Positions 9,250 through 17,900 of a stretch of 64,000 nt of DNA are shown one piece after another. Origin of the DNA: a virus (taxonomy: Duplodnaviria; Caudoviricetes); the IMG/VR virus record IMGVR_UViG_3300021255_002536, positions 37,138 through 101,137 of that record, one strand, 5' to 3'. The notes beneath the pieces were generated by a model. It was given only the letters and a program-made list of their open reading frames with translations. It made no database searches and was not told where the DNA came from. The translations under genes and the position numbers were made by a program. The number at the start of each line of letters is the position of its first letter. Positions within the stretch are counted from its first letter, which is position 1.

Positions 9250-10026
9250 TTATTCTGGTTTTTGTTCATTATAAAATTTCTTGATACTATCCTTCCAAAC
9301 GACCTTAAAGAAACCGTTCTCGCGCTGGAGTTTGTGAACGGCATCCATGAAACGGTCACACTGTTGCCAGTCGTAGCGGTTCTTAGAGTAAGGCGACAGG
9401 AGGCCGATGCGGTATTCCTCCACCAGTCCGGTAGTGTTCAGAATACACGTCAGCGACGACTCGAAATCAATCACTGGCTCCAACGATACCCAGATATGGA
9501 AACCCATATCATGCAGGCGACGAATGAAGGTGATGCGGTCGGCATTGCTGGGCGCATAAGGCTCCTGTTCATTATGACCCGTCAGCGTAAAACCAATGTG
9601 CAACAAATCGCGATACTCCCAAAGGAATTGGGCATTACGGTACCACCATGTCGTTTTGGTCAGCAGCCACACAGGAACACCATGCTCCAGAGCGTAACGC
9701 GCACAGCGATATGTCAGGTTCCACTGTTCCTGAAGCAAGGGGTCAGTACTGAAAGAGAAGAAAATGCCACCGTCAGTCTTAAACTGCTCCTGGTAGGCAT
9801 CCACTTCTTTACAGAAGCGTCGGTAAGCCTTCTCTTCAGTACCACCCACTTTCTTCTCAATCTCAGGCACAGCACCACCGAGCTGCTTTCCCATCGGGCC
9901 ACGACGCAAGTAGCAATAAGTACACTGATGACGACAACCTTTATACAGATTGCAACCCCATACGGCATACTCCGCTGCGGGGCCTTCCGGCTTATAAATG
10001 GCACGATGGGCGAGAGGTCGTTTCAT
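9250..10026 (-). CDS. Radical SAM protein (spore photoproduct lyase-like family)
   Basis: NLYKGCRHQCTYCY (CxxxCxxC), FSTDP, LTK, SLEPVID. Confidence 0.85.
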   Translation of the reverse strand: MKRPLAHRAIYKPEGPAAEYAVWGCNLYKGCRHQCTYCYLRRGPMGKQLGGAVPEIEKKVGGTEEKAYRRFCKEVDAYQEQFKTDGGIFFSFSTDPLLQEQWNLTYRCARYALEHGVPVWLLTKTTWWYRNAQFLWEYRDLLHIGFTLTGHNEQEPYAPSNADRITFIRRLHDMGFHIWVSLEPVIDFESSLTCILNTTGLVEEYRIGLLSPYSKNRYDWQQCDRFMDAVHKLQRENGFFKVVWKDSIKKFYNEQKPE

Positions 10027-10047
10027 ACCTATTTATCATAATTATTA

Positions 10048-10941
10048 TTATAGCAATGTCGAGCTTTCACCGCCATAGACCCGCATCTGGGGTAAAATGA
10101 CATCGTGGATCTGCTGTGCAGCGATGTGAGCATTGGGGTGCGGTTTACCGGTTTCACCTGTCAGACGCAAACGCATGATATTGCGCCACTCAAACACATT
10201 GTAAGTGTAAGCCACACGGGTAGCGGCATCGAGACAGAGGAACCCACGCGCATCCTGTGCTGGCAGTCCCAGACGGAGGCCCAGCATATAGCACCATTCC
10301 GACATCTTCCAACCGACACGCGCAAGCAGCTTCTTCGACCAGTGCGCACACTCATACCAATGCGGCAGACAGATGGTGATGCCACCACGCTTGCCGAAGT
10401 TGACATAGCGCGTCGATTGCTCGGCGATATTGTTTGGCGAAGTGCGGTTCAGCTCTCTCGAAGTAGATATCTGTGTAGTCACACAGACGGTATAACGAAT
10501 GAGTGCGAAGGCCGTCGGGAAATTCAACTCCTTAGCCTTGGCCACAAAATCCTGGAGTGTCACCTCGTAGGGTTTCAATTCCTTGGCGATGGCCTTTGCA
10601 TCCATCAGGAAATGACGGTTAGTAGAGACAAAGAAGGTACGCTCCTTTTTCTTCTTATCCTTATGGTAGCGGATGCACACATAAGGGGTGTTATTGAGGG
10701 CCGTAATGAGCCACAATGGAAACACGCTGTTGTCGGGTTCACCCTTCACAGTAAAGACGAAATAGGCGCTGCCATGTCGGAACATCGACAGGTGCTTACG
10801 CTTCAGCAACATGTCGCAAAAATCCTCTGCGCTTTTCTGGCCACCCTCGGAGGCGTAGCACAGACGGGCAGCACGAGCCACCTGTTCCTGCCATACCTCC
10901 GGAGAGGGCCAAAGTTCAACTGTAGGTTTTATTAATTGCAT
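10048..10941 (-). CDS. thyX: Flavin-dependent thymidylate synthase
   Basis: AARLCY.S, HLSMFRH, SRELNR...EQSTRYV, QDARG.L, LRL...HP motifs. Confidence 0.85.
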   Translation of the reverse strand: MQLIKPTVELWPSPEVWQEQVARAARLCYASEGGQKSAEDFCDMLLKRKHLSMFRHGSAYFVFTVKGEPDNSVFPLWLITALNNTPYVCIRYHKDKKKKERTFFVSTNRHFLMDAKAIAKELKPYEVTLQDFVAKAKELNFPTAFALIRYTVCVTTQISTSRELNRTSPNNIAEQSTRYVNFGKRGGITICLPHWYECAHWSKKLLARVGWKMSEWCYMLGLRLGLPAQDARGFLCLDAATRVAYTYNVFEWRNIMRLRLTGETGKPHPNAHIAAQQIHDVILPQMRVYGGESSTLL

Positions 10942-10957
10942 ATCAATCGTTGAAAAG

Positions 10958-11989
10958 TTAATATCCTCTGAGAGTTATTCCCGCATCCTTACAGCGGGCA
11001 AAGAAATACGCTATCGAGATCTTATCCGGACTGGAATTGTACTTGAACTTTTCTTCCACATCCTTTGCATTATACTTCGACACATTGATACGGCTCACGC
11101 GGTCAAAGAACTCGAAGCCGTAGGGTGCCGGAAGGTTGGCCAACGACAGGCCCACACGAAACCACACATCGTAGTCATTCACAATGTCGGTATTGGTACG
11201 CTCCAGCAGCTCTACCATCCGACGCACACGCTCAACCAACTGGTCGTCACTCTCGCCACTGCTGCTATACACCGCTGCCTTCGGAGCCAACACCTGTTCG
11301 CTGGTCTCTAAGCACACACCGGCATAAGCCAGGGCATGTTCATTGATATAAGGATCTGAGTCATACGAAGCAAAGCGTATGCGAGTCACGTCACCACACT
11401 TACGGTCTATCTGGATGCCCAGCGCCGAGTACTCGCGCAACAGGGCCTTGAACTGTTCCTTATGGTATTGCGGATAGAGCAACGGAATGAGAGCGAAGTA
11501 GCCGGTACCGCTGCACGACTTCATCAGCAGCGCCACTTCAGGACGGTGGCGAAGGGTACGCAGGATGCTCTTCATATCGCCCAGGCTCTCGTTATCCTGA
11601 TGATCGATGTCTATGCAGAGGAATCCCGTATGCTGTGCCAGATGCGACCCACGACGCGACACCATTTCCTTCACTATGAACTTCTCACCCGTCCGGCGGT
11701 TGGTCTTTTCCACCTCCACCTCTCGCGGCTCAAAGAGTCCGGAGAGTGTAGCGCCTGGAAGGAACTGCTTGGTCTCGCGGTATTCGTCAGATGCCTTCGC
11801 AGCCTTCTCGCCCATCGTCTCTACCATGCCACGCAACTTCTCAACCACAGGCTGCCAGCGATCCGTCATACAGAACTCGCGGATGGTCATCGACTGGATG
11901 ATCTCACCCGTTTCCATATCTACGAAGCGCCCGACGTTATCTTTCGCGTCGGTATAGACAGAACACATGCGGTCGAAAATGGAGTCCAT
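10958..11989 (-). CDS. BT4734/VirE N-terminal domain + PriCT-2 primase-like protein
   Basis: K..LPGATLSGLF, HTGFLCIDID, SCSGTG, D.TRIRFASYD; C-terminal YDVWFRVGLSL...F...S. Confidence 0.85.
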   Translation of the reverse strand: MDSIFDRMCSVYTDAKDNVGRFVDMETGEIIQSMTIREFCMTDRWQPVVEKLRGMVETMGEKAAKASDEYRETKQFLPGATLSGLFEPREVEVEKTNRRTGEKFIVKEMVSRRGSHLAQHTGFLCIDIDHQDNESLGDMKSILRTLRHRPEVALLMKSCSGTGYFALIPLLYPQYHKEQFKALLREYSALGIQIDRKCGDVTRIRFASYDSDPYINEHALAYAGVCLETSEQVLAPKAAVYSSSGESDDQLVERVRRMVELLERTNTDIVNDYDVWFRVGLSLANLPAPYGFEFFDRVSRINVSKYNAKDVEEKFKYNSSPDKISIAYFFARCKDAGITLRGY

Positions 11990-11992
11990 TAC

Positions 11993-12385
11993 CTATTTAT
12001 TATTATAATAGTTGTAATAGTTATGCCACTTGGCCCAGGCCCATTCCACCAGAATATTGATAAGCCATGCCAGACAGAAACCGAGGCCCATCAGCCAGAA
12101 GCCACGCCAGAACCAATACGACAGAACAAAACACAGGGTACCAAGAAACAGGTGTACCAATGTCTCTACAGGATAATCCTTATGGAAATAACCCTTGCGC
12201 CATTTCCAGTCTTTGTCGGGCGACTCATCCTTACTGTACTGATAGGATATCAGACCGGCGGTAGCCATCGAACCAATGAACATGCCGACAGGTAACGTCC
12301 AACCACCACCGAGAATGCCCAGCGCGATCACCGTCAACAGCGACATCAACAATACCCAATTCAGGATAACGAGATAGATTTTCAT
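11993..12385 (-). CDS. Multi-pass membrane protein
   Basis: About four hydrophobic segments; first gene after the promoter at ~12423. Confidence 0.7.
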   Translation of the reverse strand: MKIYLVILNWVLLMSLLTVIALGILGGGWTLPVGMFIGSMATAGLISYQYSKDESPDKDWKWRKGYFHKDYPVETLVHLFLGTLCFVLSYWFWRGFWLMGLGFCLAWLINILVEWAWAKWHNYYNYYNNK

Positions 12386-12422
12386 AAGCGTTTCACCTTA
12401 TATGATATTTGTTATTCGCGGA

Positions 12423-12460
12423 CAAAGTTAAACATAATATTTGAATAGACAAAATAAAAA
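12423..12460 (-). promoter_or_regulatory. Bacteroidota sigma-A-type promoter with operator-like box
   Basis: Minus strand TTTTATTTTGTCTATTCAAATATTATGTTTAACTTTG (-7 box TAACTTTG). Confidence 0.7.
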
Positions 12461-13077
12461 TCTATTTAATTTCTTATATCGTGTAAGTTTTAACATTTGA
12501 ACACAATCGGAGCCACCAAATAATCCGTTTTCGAGGTCGAGGAAATTTTCTCCCTGACCAGGGATATTTTCTCCTTTTAAACCTCAAAACTACTTTTTGC
12601 AGCCCGAATCCCCAATTTCTGTAAAGTTAAAAACGGGGAAAAAAGTTATCGAAAGTTCTGAAAAGATTTCAAAAGGAGATTTTGAAATCGCTTTAACTCA
12701 CTGAAAATCAGATATAAACATTGGTAAAAAGTTATTTTTACCTTTTTTCTAAAAAACTTAGTACACACGGGAAAAAAAATAGAAAACGGAATTTATGACA
12801 AAAATTCCATGAAAACCGCTCGCTTTATGCCACCTCCCCTCGCCCCCAAGTATCTGATAATCAAAGGAGAAAGTGGAACTTTCGCTTTGTTGCTCAATTC
12901 CTTTTAGGGTACGGGATTTCTATCTCTATCAGAGAGAAATTTTTTCTCAAAATATATATGAGGTATGCGAAAAACCATCATTTTCTCCTTTTGACCCTCT
13001 GGAAATGCCCAGAAACGCCCTAAATAGAGGGAAAGGAGAAAAATATTAATTCATCCTTAAAATTTCCTTGAATATCT

Positions 13078-13109
13078 TTTGGTAGTTTCAGGGATTTTTC
13101 GTACCTTTG
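13078..13109 (+). promoter_or_regulatory. Bacteroidota consensus promoter facing a non-coding region
   Basis: TTTG-N20-TACCTTTG. Confidence 0.65.
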
Positions 13110-13179
13110 TACCCAGTATTAAATTGGGGTATTATGCCCTAATTACATTAGGTCAGAGGGGTGGCGATGCTACCATTTT

Positions 13180-13273
13180 GATTACTACCGTAGGTGCGGA
13201 GTAAGATTACTACCGTAGGTGCGGGAAAACGCGAGATTTAGATTACCTTGGTGGCGGGAAAGCCGCGAGAGGG
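13180..13273 (+). repeat. Three imperfect tandem repeats (GATTACTACCGTAGGTGCGG...)
   Basis: Units start at 13180, 13205 and 13241. Confidence 0.8.
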
Positions 13274-13285
13274 ATATATGACAAG

Positions 13286-13315
13286 CGAGGGCCGTGCTTC
13301 ACAGCACAGCCCTCG
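13286..13315. terminator. Hairpin, likely terminator
   Basis: CGAGGGCCGTGCT-TCAC-AGCACAGCCCTCG. Confidence 0.6.
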
Positions 13316-13446
13316 AACGATTACTATACATAAACAGATGTATGTAATACAAGATTTTACTAATACTTAACCTAAAACTAATCTACTAACTACTAACTAA
13401 AAAATTCAAATATCATAATGAAGAATGCCCATCCGCTGATGGTGCA

Positions 13447-14691
13447 TTAAGGTTTCGAGATAATGATAGAACTGTTGGTGCCACCGAAGCCGAAGGCGTT
13501 ACACAACACATGATTGATATTAGTGACTATCGGCTTGGTTGGGATATTCAGACGTGCGGCTGCTGGTTCCGGCTGTTCCAGATTGATATGCGGAGCCACA
13601 AAACCGCCCTGCATCTGGATAAGTGCATAGACCACCTGTGATACACCAGACATCCAGCACTCGTGGCCTGTCAAACACTTCGTAGAGACCACGAAGGGAT
13701 TGCCGATAGGTTTCCCTACCCCACATGTATATTTCGGCAGCCAGAGCGACAACGACAGCAGCGCATCGGCTTCAGCACGGTCGCCATCCTGCGTTGATGT
13801 GGCATGTGCCATAATCATCGATAGCTGCTCCGGATTGATGTCGGCATCCTGAATGGCATTGCTCATGCAGCGAAAGATACTCTCTGCTGAAGGCGTAACG
13901 ATGTCGGGCGACGTACAGAAGCCATAACCGCGAACCGTGGCCATGGGCTTACGATTACCCATAGCGGCATGCTCGGCGCTCTCCAGAATAACACAGGCAG
14001 CGCCACCGCTCGGCACCAGACCGTCGCGGGCTGCATCGAATGGACGGCTTGCCTTCTCAGGATCATCGGCACGCTGTGAGAAGATACCCAGCGCATCAAA
14101 AGATGTATAGGCATGCAGCCCCACCTCCTGAGCACCCACCACGATACACGCATCCACCTGTCCGCTACGAATGAGCGACAGCGCCAGTCCAACGGCATGA
14201 CCACCACCGGAACAAGCGGCAGAGACCGTCAGCGAGATACCACCAATACCGAAGATAGAGGCCAGCGCCATTGATACCGTTGAGTTCAGCGAACGGAACA
14301 CCGCGCCAGCACCCAGACGGCGCGAGTCGTGATGTAAACGCATGATATCCTCCACCTCTGCCAGTTCACAGGCCGTTGAATCGTTGCTGACTATCAGCCC
14401 TACCCGATGGCGATCAGTGATAGGCGCTTGCTCCAGGGCCTGTTTCACGGCCATATACGCATAGCGGCCTGCCTCCGACAGACACATACGCTGCGAACGG
14501 CGCAAGCCTTCATGCGACAGATCCGGCACAGGCACGATACCCGTCAATGGCGACTGGTAGCCGTACTCCGTGCGTCGTGGGTCAGCACCGATGCCAGAAC
14601 GTCCCAGACGTAGCGACTGCTCCACAGCCTTCACATCCTCGCCGATACAGCTCCAGATGCCCATGCCGGTGATGACTACTCTCTGTTGCAT
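13447..14691 (-). CDS. Beta-ketoacyl-ACP synthase (FabB/FabF family)
   Basis: RVVITGMG, catalytic SAACSGG, SRPFDAARDGLV, HATST, K.LTGH, NAFGFGGTN. Confidence 0.95.
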   Translation of the reverse strand: MQQRVVITGMGIWSCIGEDVKAVEQSLRLGRSGIGADPRRTEYGYQSPLTGIVPVPDLSHEGLRRSQRMCLSEAGRYAYMAVKQALEQAPITDRHRVGLIVSNDSTACELAEVEDIMRLHHDSRRLGAGAVFRSLNSTVSMALASIFGIGGISLTVSAACSGGGHAVGLALSLIRSGQVDACIVVGAQEVGLHAYTSFDALGIFSQRADDPEKASRPFDAARDGLVPSGGAACVILESAEHAAMGNRKPMATVRGYGFCTSPDIVTPSAESIFRCMSNAIQDADINPEQLSMIMAHATSTQDGDRAEADALLSLSLWLPKYTCGVGKPIGNPFVVSTKCLTGHECWMSGVSQVVYALIQMQGGFVAPHINLEQPEPAAARLNIPTKPIVTNINHVLCNAFGFGGTNSSIIISKP

Positions 14692-14939
14692 GCGTCAGGG
14701 TTTAAGGTGATGACAGCCTGCACCAGGTCTCTCAGGGTGCGGGTATTCTTGGCATTGTTCATGTCGAGCTTCACGCCAAACTGCGTTTCCACAGCCAGGA
14801 TGAAGTCAAGAGTGTCGAGAGAGTCGAGATTCAAATCCTCCTGCAATCGCGTATCGAGGGTTATCTCCTCCTGGGGAGGCATCGTGTCGAATAGTTTGAT
14901 TAGCAGATCGACAATGTAAGGGAAAAGTTTTTCTTCCAT
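14676..14939 (-). CDS. acpP: Acyl carrier protein
   Basis: Acidic 87-aa protein with EDLNLDSLD phosphopantetheine-attachment motif. Confidence 0.92.
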   Translation of the reverse strand: MEEKLFPYIVDLLIKLFDTMPPQEEITLDTRLQEDLNLDSLDTLDFILAVETQFGVKLDMNNAKNTRTLRDLVQAVITLNPDACNRE

Positions 14940-14970
14940 AAATTCATCAATTCATTAAAACATTAATTCA

Positions 14971-17900
14971 TTACTTTTTCTTATTCCACAGACGGGAGCC
15001 AGAATAGCGGCCCATAAACTGAGCACCGTCCTCGGCTTCCTCGGCAATACCGCCACGTCCGTACTTATTCACATGCAAGCCATTCTTCTGCAACAGCAAC
15101 ATCATAGCCGTAAACTCAGTGATGGCTCCGCGCAACTGCTGCACATCCTCCTGGGAGAGCGAGGGAGCGGCGGCGGCATCAGTACCGGCCATGCCCTCTG
15201 CAAAATCGGCGAGGTTGCCCTCATCATACATGCGATAGTGCATACCTGAGCGGTTCTTATCGAACTTCACGATCTCGTTCATCAGGTCGGGTCTGTTCAT
15301 CATCATCGCCTGAGTGGTCTCACGTCCGATGACCATTTCAGGGCCTTTTTCGCCCACGACGGCGGGCTGTCCGTTTACCATAGTCGATATAGGCTTAGTC
15401 ACCAGGCCCGTCGAGAGCTTATCCACATGCTGAGTCTGATATACGTTACCATCGTTGCCTACCACCGTCTGCGTCTGTCCCTGCTGACCGCCACCAAACG
15501 ACTGCACATTACCGCTGTCATAGGTCAACATACCCGTCGCGAGTTTCACGTTCTGACCGGATGCTTCAGCACCACTATCGCTACCACCAAGGGCAGCAGA
15601 GATAGCCCACGAAAGCAATCCCATCAGCAAGGCACTGATGACGGCAATCAGAGGAATACCCCAGAAACCGAGAGTACCAATGATCTTAGCGGCACCACCG
15701 GCGATACCGAGACTCACCTTACCCGTCGTAGCTGCTGCTTCCTCCGAGAGTTCAGTAGCGTTGGCCGTTTGATGCTGTGCCAGTCTGGTAGCATCGCTCG
15801 TAGCCTGTACCGTCTGCATGATAGTGGCGAAAGCCTGCTGGATTTGCAGCATGGTAGCCTGGTGCTGGGTCTCATCGGCTTCCTCCTGACGATAGTACAA
15901 CTGGCGCTTCACACGGCGGGTCAAGTCCTCGGCAATCATCTGAATGGTCATCTTCGCGTAGGCTTTCAGCATATCCTTCGCGAGATCACGCAGTTTGATG
16001 TTCGAGTCCTCAGTCTCGGCAATCATGTTACCCAACTTCTCACCTACCCCTTCAGCAAAGGTAGCCAGAGGCTCAGAGAACGACTGCAACAGTCCGATGC
16101 GCTCCTGGAACTTCGCGGCCACCTTATCAGCCATCGCATTCTGAGCGTCCATCATCTGACGTTTAGCCTCCGTCAGCTGCTGCTCTGATATCTTATCCTG
16201 CTGACGCAGGCGATCCATTTCCTCATAGTAGAGTTTCGCACGCTCTGCCAACAAACGATAGCGCATCACCTCTGGGTCACTCTCCATATTCCATGTGAGG
16301 CCCATCTGCTGTGCCACGCTCTTATCCGTCTCAAATCGCTGCACATAACTGCTCTCATCGGAGAGTGTCGTTGTGGTCTGGTCGATTTGCTGCACATCGG
16401 AGCGGTTATTAAATACGAAGTCGGCACGGCGCTTTGCTTCGTCGTAGGCTTTCTTTTGAGCATCGGTATAGGCATCCGACATTTCAATGAGCTTCTGATA
16501 GAACACCTGCCACTGCTGCAAGTCCATATTCAGGATGCCAGCCAACCACGAGCCACCAACATTTTTCTCATAGTCTGGGCCAAAGAGCAATGTAAGCATA
16601 GCCTTCTGGCCTTCCTCGGTCGAAACATCGGTAGCGAACACATCGACGATATGCTCACGGGCATTCAAGAATGCCTCCTGCCACATCTTACTACGCTCGG
16701 CCACGGCAGTCTGAATACCAGCCTTATTGCCATCCTTCGAGAACTGCATCAAGTTCTGCGTCTGTCCGGAAGTCAGTTCAGCCAATCCCAGCTGCTCCAT
16801 CTGACCCTCATAGTCCTTATTCACCTTGCCGGTATAGTTCTTTTCCAGCAAGAGCTTCTGGCGCTCCTGATAGGCTTGGTTTTCCTTCTTCGCATTCTGG
16901 AGTTCATTCTCGGTAGCCTTACGCCATATCTGATCGAGCAACACCGAACCATTCTGGCCCAACTCCTTCGAAAGGGTCGTAATCATTTCCTTCAGTTTGT
17001 CGATGTCGTTATGGATTATATCATCCAGCAGCTGTGTGCTCTGGTTGGTACCATCATCGCCCAACGGCTCGTAGAGATCCTGAATCATCGTCTCACGGAA
17101 CTGCTGCCACTCGTTTTCAGTACCGGCAATAGCCTGACGCACATTAGCCAGGGCCGAGTTCATGCGGATGGTCATGCCGTCCACAAGTTTCTTCTGCAAC
17201 TGCGGATCCATACCACCCTCAGTAGCCATTTCCGTAATAGCGGTGATTTGGCGCTCATAGTAATTCTTTACATTATCTATAATCGCCTTGGCCTTACCCT
17301 GTTCCTCCTTCATTTCAGCACGAAGGGCCTTGCGACGCTCTGCCTCTTCACGCTTACGACGGGCTGCCTCTTCCTTATCGGGTGCCTCATTGTCGAGTGT
17401 GCCAGGCGACTCATCAACAGCTTTAACAATATCCTCTTGGAATGGTTCCCACTTCTTATTAACCTTATCGAGAGCATTGGCAGTAGAATAAACCTGTGCG
17501 GCATAGCGGGTAGCAGCATAGAGCATCTTTTCCTGCTGTGTCAACTGACGGGAATTGTTCCTTACAGCACCAGCATCCGGCTCCATACCGAAACCTATCT
17601 GTGATTGGGCCGTCTTAGCATCGAAATAGGTCGTAGGCGATTTCTGGCTACGCTTGTTATACGCATCCTGGGCAATCGTACTATTGACACCAAGTTTCTT
17701 GGCGAGTTCGCGATTGATTTCCTCTACAGACTTACCAGCCTCGCGCATATCATCGACATACGCTTTCAGCCATGTACCATTGTAAGCCGTACCACCTGCC
17801 TGCTGGTCGTATTCAGTCAGTCGGTCGGCCTGCCAACCGATACGCGGTGCCACCTGCTTCTCAATGTCCTTTTCCTTCATCTGGAGGGCGATCTTCGCAC

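Noticed and set aside
13180-13273. CRISPR mini-array
   Set aside because: Units abut with no unique spacers of regular length, and no cas genes are present.
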